The position numbers and the translations under genes were made by a program. Shown here piece by piece: positions 1 to 10,247 of a DNA stretch of 32,000 bases; position 1 is the stretch's first letter, and every line of letters starts with the position of its first letter. Source of the DNA: Candidatus Saccharimonadota bacterium (GTDB lineage: Bacteria; Patescibacteriota; Gracilibacteria; BD1-5; UBA6164). The DNA is taken from positions 120,001 through 152,000 of the forward strand of contig CP042461.1 of the NCBI GenBank assembly GCA_004563595.2, given 5' to 3'. Under the pieces are notes generated by a model that was given only the letters and a program-made list of their open reading frames with translations, did no database searches and was not told the DNA's origin.

Positions 1-1916
1 CCTCTTACGATGAGTGATGCAACCCTTCATCAATGAGAATATGAGGGAGCTGATTGAGTGCTATCAAAATGAAACTTATCTACTCATACTGAGAGTAAAA
101 AATTTGACACAATATTTTGAATTTCGTAATATACATTTTCTCCTTTATTTGTAGTGACTCATGCAATAGAATAATTTTCCATAATATCTGAATCTGCTCT
201 CTTGAATACTTTCTCTATTTCAAATAATTTAAGAGTATCAAAGTCTCTTATATTTTTTTCAAGAGAGAGCATAAGATTAGGAATAAGACTTCACCTCATA
301 TGACTCAGCTCTTCACTGAGTGGATTTTTCATTGGAACCAAGTTGGAAACATCAGAATCAAGTTTTTCCATTAATTCTAGATTCACAAAAGAATAGGTAT
401 ACATATCAAAGAATCATGTATTACAAAAGAAGTCTTTTGCATCATTTTTTATTTTGTATGTATTTGTTTGACTAATAGCTCAAAGGTTAATTCTTGGCAC
501 CGTTGCAACTACATTATTATAACCATGGATTCTTGCTATTTCTTCAGCGATATCAGCTTTGTAGACTAAGTCTTTTCTCCAAAATGGAATAATAAGGTTT
601 TCTGATTGAAGTTGTATTCATAGGTTTTCTAAAATAGATAGTATTTCAATTTCAGAATAATTACTTCAAATAATTTTATTTATGAAGTCCACATCATGAG
701 GGATAGCGAGTTCTTTTTGTATGTTTGGATATATATCGGAGTATGATATTAATGAAATTCAGTCTAGATTTTTTTCTAATTCTGTTACGATAAGACTTAT
801 TCACGCATCTTGCATTCCATTTACGATATCTTTTTCGAATACATTGAGTGAATCAGTCCTAATTCATAACTTTTTTCATGTTTTTCTAATAATGGCTTGA
901 TCAAAATGAGCTGATTCTATGATAATTGAGGTTGTTGCATCAGAAACTGAACTTTCTTTTCATCCAATGATTCATCCCAGGGCAAGTACTTTTGAATCAT
1001 CAGCAATAACAATATCTTTTGTAGATAATTCATATTCTGAATCATTTAATGCTAGAAATTTTTCTCATTGGGTTGCATATCTAATAGTTATATTTCATTC
1101 TATTTTATCTGCATCAAAACAATGAGTAGGTTGACCATAGAGATAGAGAGCGTAATTAGAGATATCTATAAGGATTCATTTTGATGTTGTATCTGCTGAT
1201 AATAAAATTTGTTTTATATATTCAGGAGATTCTATATTTTTTACCCCATTTATTTGTAATCCAATATATCTTGTAACTACATCTGTAATATCATTTTTGA
1301 TTCCCAAGTCAGGAAGCTTTGAGAAGTCTTTTTTTGCATATTCAAACTCAAATTCTTGACCATTAATAGCATAAAGCTCTCTAATAATTCATATATGACT
1401 AAATAAGTCAGGTCTATGATTGATAGCTTTGTTATCTACTTCTAAAATAGCATCATCTTTTTGAAGGTACTCTCTCATATTCATTCCTAGAGGGGCATCA
1501 GTAGGGAGTTCTAATATTCCGATTTGTCTTTCTTCATTGAGTCAAAGCTCATCTTCACTACAAATCATTCATTCACTTACTTCTCCTCTAATTTTTGTTT
1601 TTGAAATAGTGAAATCTGGAGCTAGCTGAGCTCATACTAAAGCAACAGGTACTTTTATACCAGCTTTTACGTTTGGAGCTCCACATACAATTGGGTATAT
1701 TTTTCAGCTTACTTCTACAGTTGTACAGTTTAATTTTTCTGAATCAGGATGTTTTTCACAAGTTTTTACTTCTCAAATAAAAACTCACTTTAAATTATCG
1801 CCTTCATATATGATGTCCTCAACTTCAGCTGTATGCATGATTAAATCTTGAGCTACATCTTCAGGAGACTTAATATCGGATATATAGTCTTTTAGAACTT
1901 TGTATGAAATTTTCAC
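1..1916 (-). CDS. pheT: phenylalanine--tRNA ligase beta subunit (N-terminal ~638 aa; the gene runs off the left edge of the window)
   Basis: Minus-strand ORF is intact only if TGA=Gly. GTG start at 1916. Product starts VKISYKVLKDYISDIKSPEDVAQDLIMHTAEVEDI...KTCEKHPDSEKLNCTTVEV...YPIVCGAPNV (tRNA-binding OB domain), followed by B3_4/B5-like stretches (GQPTHCFDADKI, IIPFWRKDLVYKADIAEEIARIHGYNN). Confidence 0.9.
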
Positions 1917-1995
1917 TTTCGTATTTTTAAGTTACACTGTAAATTATTGAGCTAAATATATGCAAAAAATGGCAAAAGGCAAGGGGAGAGTAAAA

Positions 1996-2033
1996 TAAAA
2001 AAAGATTTCAATATATTGAAATCTTTTTTTATT
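1996..2033 (-). terminator. intrinsic terminator downstream of recA (perfect palindrome; could act in both directions)
   Basis: aaaaaaAGATTTCAATAT/ATATTGAAATCTttttttt: a 12-bp perfect inverted repeat at 2003-2026, flanked by A-run and T-run. It lies immediately 3' of the recA stop at 2034. Confidence 0.6.
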
Positions 2034-3020
2034 TTACATACTATTTTTAATTACTTCTTCTATTTCATTTGCCATTTTTGCATTTTCTTTTAAGAATTTT
2101 TTTGCATTTTCTCTTCCTTGTCCAAGTCTTGTTTCTCAATAAGAGTAGAATGCTCATGCTTTTTTAATGACTTCAAGTTGAGTTCATATATCAAGTATTT
2201 CTCATACTTTTGATATTCATTCGTTGTACATCACATCAAATTCAGCTTCTCTAAAAGGAGGAGCAACTTTATTTTTGATTACTTTTACTTTCGTCAGATT
2301 TCAATGAACTTCTTTATCCATTGCTGTTCATGTTTCAATTTTTGCCTTTCTTCTAATATCTAATCTTTGAGATGCATAAAATTTAAGAGCATTTCATCCT
2401 GTTGTTGTTTCTGGAGAACCAAACATAACTCAAATTTTCATTCTGAGCTGGTTGATGAAAATCACAGTTGTACCACTTTTATTAATCACTCATGTGATTT
2501 TTCTAAGAGCTTGACTCATAAGTCTTGCTTGGAGTCCCATATGAGAGTCACCCATATCTCATTCTATTTCAGCCTTTGGAACAAGAGCTGCAACAGAATC
2601 AATGACTATAAGGTCAATAGCTCCTGATCTGACAAGTGCATCAACTATTTCTAAAGCTTGTTCACCATAATCTGGTTGAGCAATAATAAGGTTGTCAGTA
2701 TCAACTCATACTTTTTTAGCATATGATGGATCTAATGCATGTTCTGCATCTATAAATGCTGCAGTCCCCCCTGCTTTTTGTACTTCTGCTATCGCATGAA
2801 GAGTAAGTGTGGTTTTTCATGATGATTCTGGTCCATATATTTCAACGATTCTTCATTTTGCATATCATCCTCACAATGCAAGGTCTAGTGAAAGGGAACC
2901 AGATGATGTTGTTTCTATATCAAGTCATCCTTCTTTGTCTCAGAGTTTCATAATAGATCATTTCCCAAATTGTTTTTCTATCATTGATAATGCGTTGTTG
3001 AGTGCTTCTTGTTTGTTCAT
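2034..3020 (-). CDS. recA: recombinase RecA (328 aa)
   Basis: Table-25 translation: [28 protein letters not shown]...[19 protein letters not shown] (Walker A), [77 protein letters not shown]. The Walker-A Gly before Lys is encoded by TGA (2817-2819, minus strand). Confidence 0.96.
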
Positions 3021-3043
3021 AATAATAGAGTTATGTTAATTAA

Positions 3044-3117
3044 TATATACATAATTATATATATGTATATAAAGAGTGTATATATTTTATATACATTGTC
3101 AAAACTTTTATATACAT
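3044..3117. promoter_or_regulatory. cluster of TATATACAT motifs in the recA upstream region (candidate operator/promoter array)
   Basis: The 9-mer TATATACAT occurs at 3044-3052, 3088-3096 and 3109-3117. Its reverse complement ATGTATATA occurs at 3063-3071, and there is a partial inverted copy near 3077-3085. All lie in the 105-bp gap between the zinc-ribbon gene stop and the recA start. Confidence 0.35.
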
Positions 3118-3125
3118 AATATATA

Positions 3126-3347
3126 CTACTTGATTTTATAGTTACTTCTTAACCCTTCATGTGTACCAATAACAATATTTTTTCATTTACAAATAGTACA
3201 GAGGAAAGTATATCATTTTGGATTTTTCCTGTCGGTTTCAACTATCTTTTTACAGTCTTTACAATAAAAACTTACTCATCACCTTTCAGAGTTAAAGGTG
3301 TCTCGTTTTTCAAATTCTTCGATGTTTATAAGGTCATGATATGACAT
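3126..3347 (-). CDS. small zinc-ribbon protein (73 aa), function unknown
   Basis: MSYHDLINIEEFEKRDTFNSERGGVSFYCKDCKKIVETDRKNPKGYTFLCTICKGKNIVIGTHEGLRSNYKIK. It has two CxxC pairs (CKDC...CTIC), needs TGA=Gly, and is packed between the exonuclease gene and recA. Confidence 0.55.
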
Positions 3348-3371
3348 TTTTTTTTGTTAATATATATAATA

Positions 3372-3980
3372 TTAGAATAGGCTCATTATTTCTTCTTTTT
3401 TTTCTTTTACTTGGATAGTATTGTTATTTACAAGTTCTATAAAACACCTGAGAGTTGCTTCGACATCTGTGATGGCATCATGTGCTCATATAAAATATTC
3501 AGAAAACAATTTTTTATGAAGTTCTCATAGTTTTGGATACTTGAATCTTTTTCAATTTCATTCTAGTGCACAAAAATTCACTGTTGATTTCATAGTACAA
3601 AAAACTTGTTTTGGTTTATATTTATATTCTAATGCCTGCCTTTTTAGCTCCAGCTTGATCATATCTTGATCATATTCAATATTATGTCATATAATCATAT
3701 CAGGCTCATTGATGTATTCTAATATTTCATCAATTACATCTTCTATAAAAGGAGCTTTTTTGATATCTATATCATATATATGGTGTACTTCTGATGATGC
3801 GTATGGGATAGGGGTTTTTGGATTTATCAGGATATTCACTCTTTTTTCTTCTATAAATTTTCAATTTGTTAGGTCTCACATTATTCAAGCGAATTGAATA
3901 ACTTTTGGCTGTAAGTCAAGGTTTGTTTCCTTTTTGTTAATAAATCAAGTTGTTTCAGTATCAAATACAAATATTTTCAT
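3372..3980 (-). CDS. DEDDh 3'-5' exonuclease, DnaQ/DNA polymerase III epsilon-like (202 aa)
   Basis: MKIFVFDTETTGF (ExoI DxE), IIGHNIEYDQDMI (ExoII), GAHDAITDVEATLRCF (ExoIII H-x4-D). Confidence 0.8.
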
Positions 3981-4045
3981 AAGTGCTTCTACACGTTATT
4001 AGATAATATACTATTATGAGTGTATAAAATTAGAAGTGTTTGTAA

Positions 4046-4086
4046 AGAAAAAATAGCTTACTTTTTAAAGTAAGCTATTTTTTATT
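4046..4086 (-). terminator. intrinsic terminator after the sigma-region-4 gene
   Basis: Stem ATAGCTTACTT (4053-4063) pairs with AAGTAAGCTAT (4068-4078) around a 4-nt loop. It is flanked by an A-run and a T-run on both strands. Confidence 0.6.
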
Positions 4087-5137
4087 TTTTTAATTGATAG
4101 TAATTTCTTCAGACCCTTTCTACTATGCTTTTATTTTGTAAATTCATATAGATTGTAGTTTGTTTTACATTCCTTGTTTTGAGAACTTCCTTCGTAATTT
4201 CTTCAGTATTCATAGCTTCACCATTTTTTTCTAGTACATTTACTATAACATCTAACACTGTACCAGGGACGAATCACCATTCTTTGAGGGCATATATTCC
4301 TCTTCAAATAAGTACAAATTCATTATTTCTTATGAGTTCATTGTGAATAGTGTTTACTTTTACATTTTCTCAAAGGAAGTCAGTAATTTTATTAGAGATA
4401 TCTATGAAGTGCATAGGAATCTTTTCTTTTTTCATGACATAGATAGCTTTATCTTTGAGTGTTTTTGGATTTAATATTTTCCATTTTGTTAACCCTATCA
4501 GAGTTTCTTCTCATTTTACAATATCATCAAAAAGATCAAGTACTGAATCTACAAAAGTAGAGTTGATATTTTCTTTTCCTTTTAAATTTAGAATAATTGT
4601 TTCATAGAGTGCATTTTGATCAATGACATCTTTCTTTTTCTTTAATATTTTTCAGGCTTCTGTATGAACCGCTTCAATAGTTGTTTTTGCAATACTTGGA
4701 AGATAAAAATAGATTTTACAACCAAGTTTTTGTTTTGATTTTTTCACATCAAAATCAGATTGAATAATAACCTCTAATATACCTGCATTTACATTCTGTT
4801 CAAGTTGAAGGTCCTTGATAATTATGTTGATGAGTTTTTCTCTTGATAATGCTCCTCCGTGAAGTGAAAGAAGTTCTTTCGCTTTTTCTTGAATACTTGT
4901 TAAAAGAGTTGTTTTTACAATTCTTCAGATTTTTTTAATTCAAGAGTCCTCTATTTGTCTTACTCTTTCTCTTGTAATTGCCGGAGAAAAAGAAGATCCA
5001 ATATTTTGTAGAGTTTCTCTTTCTCAAGAGATTCATACTCTTCTTTCTATAACATTTTTTTCTCTTTCTGAAAGAGAGTTTAATATTCACCCGAAAGAAG
5101 AGGAAATATTTTTATTGTTTAAAGTTAAAGTGTTCAT
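4082..5137 (-). CDS. sigma-70 region-4-like HTH protein with C-terminal HARE-HTH-like domain(s) (351 aa)
   Basis: N-terminus LSEREKNVIERRVGISGERETLQNIGSSFSPAITRERVRQIEDSGIKKI resembles sigma-70 region 4. C-terminus ...MHFIDISNKI...VNTIHNELIRNNEFVLIGRGIYALKEWGF resembles a HARE-HTH. No sigma region 2 was seen. Confidence 0.6.
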
Positions 5138-5209
5138 GTATTTTTTGTTAAATATATGTCTTCATACATATATAATTATTTTATCTTAAAAGTCAAATAT
5201 TTTAAGTTT

Positions 5210-5794
5210 TTAAAAAGGAAGTTTCATGTTGTTTTTTGCTATTGTTTTTGTCTCTGTTTCTCAATACTCATTGATAAAGGTCTCTATTTTATATTCCTTT
5301 TGTTCTTTCATTGATCATAATCATCAGAATAAAATTACTATTCCTGATGAGATAGTTAAGATAACCCCTTGTCAGTAAATTATATTTTGAAAGAAGAACT
5401 GAAGTCAATTAATAAAACTGAGAGAAATAAGTCATGATAGAATGATAAATATTCAACTTATTATTATTATGTAATAATTTTTAAAAGATATATTTGAATG
5501 CAGTTTAATTTTTTCCTTGTTGCTCGTTGAAAGAGTAAAGAATAAAATAAGCAGAAGCAGAAGTATTAAGATAAAACCAATATTTCATGCAAGAGGGCTA
5601 AATGACGTCCAAAACTTGTCATTATCAGTGTTAATAAGCCAAGGTTGAAAAAGAGATATGAGAAGTACTCCACTTCAAAATAAACTTATTTTTCCTGAAA
5701 AACTCAGGTACAGGCTTTTAAATTTGAGTGTATTTATGGTTTTTATAAGTATGTTTTGTATCTTTCTTTTTTTTCATCTTTCTTTGTAATCCAT
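5210..5794 (-). CDS. hypothetical multi-pass membrane protein (194 aa)
   Basis: The ORF was checked for in-frame TAA/TAG by position arithmetic and is open under table 25. It contains several hydrophobic stretches (GVLLISLFQPWLI, IGFILILLLLLILFF, IIIISGIFIILSGLISL, VILTISSGIVILFGG). Confidence 0.5.
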
Positions 5795-5896
5795 TTTTTA
5801 TTTTTATTGTTTAGTTGTTTTAAAATCTAATAATATTTGATATTTTTGCAAATACTTTATACTATTTCATATTAAAAGTGTATAACATATGATGAA

Positions 5897-6157
5897 ATGG
5901 GAAATAAAAAAGTAATAAAAAATAGTTTTTTTGACTTAATAGCATTTATTTTAAGTTTTTTTTGATGATTTTTAAGAGGGATTGTTTTTTTTGTAAGAAA
6001 AAGGGAAAAATTACAATTGAAAAAAAATTACTTTTTTAATTATCTAGATTTTATTTTTAGAAAATGGCCAAAATATTTTTGGAATAAACCAAGCTTTTTT
6101 AAATTGACTTCATTTTTTTGAGATATGCTTCACTTTATCTTTAAAAAAGAGAAGTAA
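5897..6157 (+). CDS. possible small hydrophobic protein (86 aa)
   Basis: Open only under table 25: MGNKKVIKNSFFDLIAFILSFFGGFLRGIVFFVRKRE.... There is no recognisable SD and no homology was recognised. Confidence 0.25.
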
Positions 6158-6238
6158 TTACTTATAATCCATCCCCCTAACGGGTACTTCCTTTCATACG
6201 AAAGAAAGAAATAATTTTAATTTATCCCCTCTGTAATT

Positions 6239-7387
6239 ATGAAAATTAAAAATATATGAGCTTTTACATTAATAGAGATTTTAGTTTGAATTCTGATCAT
6301 ATCATTTATTATGATTTGATGATTTCAAGCATTGACAGCAGTATGAATATGAAAAGTAAGACTTATACAACAAACAGATATGCAAAAACAAAGTTTTTAT
6401 TTTACAGAGAAACTTTTTGAGATGATTAAGAAATGAGGGACGCTTGATTATGAAGAATTCTTTAATAGGAAAACTGTTTGAAATGTAAGCTTCACATGAG
6501 GCCACTTTTTATCTCCTACCTGATTTGGGAATTTTTGAGAATGATGAAGTATATGATCAACTGCTTATGGAGCGAATTTTTATTATTGTAGAAGTTGAAA
6601 CGGAGTAGATATTATGTGAACAGGTTGATGCGTAGAAACATCAAATACCTGAACTTTAGCTAATGATTCGAGCTATATTGGGACTGCGCAACGATATGGA
6701 CAGTATAGCTTTCAGTTTATTGATTATAATTCAAATGCGGATGATGATTTATGAAATGAGAATGGCATAAATTGAATTATTTGAGATGATGATGATGAGT
6801 ATTTATGAGAAGGCCCAATTGTTTTTAGCGGATGAACAAATATCACAGAGCTGTTTCTTATTAGTTGAGATAATAAAGAAAGACTATTATTTAGATGGGA
6901 TGTCAAGAATGATCCGGATTATCCATGAAGTGCATGTAACTTTTGAGATTGATCATCTCCTACTTGAAGTGGCTGTCTTTGAACTATAGAGTATTTAAAG
7001 CTAGAAGGAAAAGATTGGTGAATGGACCATGATGAATGAACTTCCGATACGAATAATACTCAGTATGATGGAGTTATTGATACTTGGATCATTGATACTG
7101 ATTTTACTTGAGGAGCAAATATTATTGCAGCTTCGAACACTACGAATTATTGGGTATCTCTTTTTCCAGATACTATTAATGTATCGACTTTTGCAGTGTT
7201 TGCTTATCCAAATAAAGATAGAAACTTAGCTTGGAGAGATGCCAGCCAGTCTACTAATATTACTCCTTATGTGAGGTTAAAAATTGGATTACTTCCATCT
7301 TGGAAGAGCAGAAAACAAATAAAATGAAACCCAAGAGAATTAAAGTTTTCTACCACTATTAGCCTTACTGATATTTTTTCTAATTAA
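6239..7387 (+). CDS. prepilin-type N-terminal cleavage/methylation domain protein (type IV pilin / pseudopilin-like, 382 aa)
   Basis: N-terminus MKIKNIGAFTLIEILVGILIISFIMIGGF matches the class III signal (G-x-FTLIE plus a hydrophobic helix). It is followed by a large C-terminal domain rich in Gly, Asp and Asn. Confidence 0.75.
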
Positions 7388-7392
7388 TCTTT

Positions 7393-8292
7393 ATGAAATT
7401 ACATAATATTCAAAATACATCAAAGTGATTCACTATTGTACTTGCTATGTGAATAGTCTTAATTATCACATTACTTGCTTTACTGATTTTGGAGTATATA
7501 ATTCCATTTTCAAAAAATGTAAAAGGAATTGAAAATAGTTCAAAAGCTTATTATGAAGCAAATTCTTGAATAGAAGATGCCCTGTGGTTTACCAGCCAAA
7601 ATAGCGTTGGGTCAGAAAGTTGAACGATTATTTCGTCAACTGCTGTCTGAAATAATTTTACTGTTATTGGTTTAGGTGATATACTTCCTCCAGTTTGAAA
7701 ATGAAATAGTGAATATGATTCTGATTGGAATAAAATAGCAGAGTGACAACCTATACAATTAGATATATGAAGTGGGGCTATTAGTAATTGGAATACTGTA
7801 GATTTTTATTTTAGAGTTCCTGACCTAGATTATAATAAATCAAGTTCAGAGATTTTATGATGATCTAATCCAATAGTGAATTGGCAATTATCATGAGAGG
7901 CTGATGCTGTGAATGCAAGTTGAAGTTATATATACCCCTGAGATGTTTGTGACTCTGATACTTCATGCAGTACAGGAGATATAAATTTTTCTTTAAAGAC
8001 ATGAATTCAGCTTGCTTGAACTTCTATTAATTTTGCTTCTTTTTATGCTACTGAATGTGATGATGGGACAGAGCAATGTAGTTTGAAATTATCAGTCATT
8101 AATGATTTAGAATTATCGGATGGTACTCCTGTGCCATACCTGGAATGGAAAATTGATTTTGGAACCCCGGTAGCACTCAGGTTTGCTCAAGTTAATTCAA
8201 GTGGGAAATCATATTGATTTAAAAAGGAGTTAGAAGTAAAGGTAGCTCAACAGACAGTTATAGAAGCTTTTGATTTTACTATATTTCAGTAA
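7393..8292 (+). CDS. minor-pilin-like protein (PilX/GspK-like N-terminus, 299 aa)
   Basis: MKLHNIQNTSKGFTIVLAMGIVLIITLLALLILEYI: a pilin-like KGFT motif and helix that lacks Glu5. It starts 5 nt after the preceding pilin gene. Confidence 0.55.
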
Positions 8293-8295
8293 TAT

Positions 8296-8354
8296 TGTAC
8301 TTACTTTTGTGACCAAAAGTAACAAAAGTCTTTAAGGCTTCGCAGCCTTAAAAA
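8296..8354 (+). terminator. two hairpins after the pilin pair (putative terminator; no clean T-run)
   Basis: TACTTTTG-tgac-CAAAAGTA, followed by AAGGCT-tcgc-AGCCTT (8334-8349). Confidence 0.3.
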
Positions 8355-8397
8355 TCTGCGATGAATACAGAAAACAAATATTTTTTAGATATAATAA

Positions 8398-9411
8398 ATG
8401 AAACTATTTAAAATAGAAGAAAATGATGCGAATCAGAGGTTAGATAAATTTTTAAAAAAATTATTTCCATCTGCAACAAGAAGCCTGATTTATAAGTTTA
8501 ATAGGAAAGATAAAATTAAGATTAAGTTTGAATGATCAGAGTGAAAGTATAGAAAAAGAGATAATGAATACAAAATTCAAGAGGGAGATGAAATAAAGAT
8601 TTTTTTGAGTGATGATGACTTTGATGAGTTGACCTCACCCCAAGCTTCTTCTGTAGGAGAGGAAGTAAAGGGAGAGAAGTTTCATAAAGAAAATATTGCA
8701 TATGAAGATGAGGATTTATTCATTGTGAATAAAAACTCTGGGATAAATGTACACCCATGAGATTTTAAGACAAAAGAAATCTCACTCATTGCTCAAGTAC
8801 AAGATTATTTATGAGATACACTTAATAGTCTTACTTTTAAACCCTCGTTAATTCATAGGATTGATAGGGATACGAGTGGGATCTTGATGATAGCAAAGAA
8901 AAAAGATATTTTAGTAAAACTTGTAAATGATTTTAAGAGCCATACAAAAGTAAAAAAAACTTATTATGCTATAGTTCTTGGAAAACTGAGTAGAACATCA
9001 TGATCAATAACAAAAAAACTTCTCAGAATAGAAAATGCAAGAAATGAAGCAAAAGTTCAAGTATCTGAAAAGGGGCAGACAGCAATTACTCACTATAAAC
9101 TTTTAGCAGAACATACATTACAAACAAAAGAATGAATTGTGATTCTTTCGGAAGTTGAAGTAAAAATTGAAACATGAAGGATGCATCAAATTAGGGTGCA
9201 TATGGCCTCAATTGGAAACCCAATAATTTGAGATAAATCGTATTGAGATAAAAAAATGAATTCTTTTATGATGAGACAATATGGTCTCAGTAGGCAAGCC
9301 TTACATGCTTGGAAAATAGAGTTTTTTCATTATGCTAAGAATAAGAATATGGAGATTACAGCAAGCTTAAAAAAAGATCTTGCTCAATTTATCACTAATA
9401 TACAAAAATAA
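8398..9411 (+). CDS. RluA-family 23S rRNA pseudouridine synthase with N-terminal S4 domain (337 aa)
   Basis: S4-like RLDKFLKKLFPSATRSLIYKFNRKDKIKI. Catalytic motif PSLIHRIDRDTSGILMIAK. C-terminal GRMHQIRVHMASIGNPIIGDKSYG. Confidence 0.9.
8629..8679 (+). repeat. degenerate copy of the ACCTCACCC...hairpin element, in frame inside the rluA-family gene
   Basis: ttgACCTCACCCcaagcTTCTTCTgtaggAGAGGAAgtaaagggagagaag encodes LTSPQASSVGEEVKGEK. It aligns with the copies at 11636 and 16743. Confidence 0.5.
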
Positions 9412-9413
9412 CA

Positions 9414-10226
9414 ATGGAAGCTTTTTTATGAACATTATTATGAAATATAATTATTGCCTTTTGAATTATGGTAACTATTTTTATTTTCAGTATTTTTAAG
9501 AAGAAACTCATTCATTATATAAATTATATAACAGCAACTACTGTTGGACTTTTGTTATGAATAATATTTATTTGATTTATTCCTGAATTAGCAGAGTCTG
9601 AGTTGTCTTGAAAACATTTATGACTGTTTATATTGCTAGGTTTATTTTTATTTTATGTATTTGAATTATTTCTTCATTGGCATCATTGTCAGGACTTATC
9701 TCATGAATCACATGGTTGTCATCATACTCATGCTCATTCAGGGAAAAGTGGAAAATTAATGTTTGGTGGAACACTTTTGCATAATATGTTTCACTGAGTT
9801 ATACTATTTTGAGCATTTTCGATAAATATGACTTTTGGAATTGCAACAACCTTTGCATTATTATTACATGGAGTCCCTCAAAATATCGTGAATTACATTA
9901 TGAATCATAAAAAGGAAAAATATGCTTATATTGCAGCTTTTGGTGGAATATTTTGAGCTCTTTTAACCTATCCATTTGCGGATACCTTACTTGAAAATAA
10001 GTTCTTTATTTTAGCTGTTATTACATGAGGTTTACTTTACACAGCATTGGCAGATATCTTTCCTGAATTTAAAGAAAAATGAGAGATGAAAGCAAAAGTG
10101 AGTTATTTGTTTTTTATTATTTTATGAGTATCTTTCTTTTTTGGATTTGAGGAAATGATTGAATCTGGACATCAAGAAGAGGTACATGAAGGGCATGAAA
10201 ATACACATGATACGTATTCTCATTAA
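9414..10226 (+). CDS. ZIP-family divalent metal (zinc) transporter (270 aa)
   Basis: Multi-pass membrane protein with His-rich loops (HWHHCQDLSHESHGCHHTHAHSG; C-terminal HQEEVHEGHENTHDTYSH) and the ZIP-like motif LLHNMFHG...LLLHGVPQN. Confidence 0.8.
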
Positions 10227-10247
10227 ATAATTTTTTAATAGTATACT

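Noticed and set aside
919-3039. Plus-strand ORF-track entries 919-1125, 2367-2627 and 2809-3039 (68-86 aa).
   Set aside because: They are antisense shadows of pheT and recA, low-complexity, and lack start context. The opposite strand encodes unmistakable conserved proteins.
3040-3125. A CRISPR-like array, suggested by the short repeated TATATACAT units.
   Set aside because: The units are only 9 bp, occur in mixed orientation with irregular spacing of 10-35 bp, and lie in a promoter-sized gap. No cas genes are present. This is not a CRISPR array.
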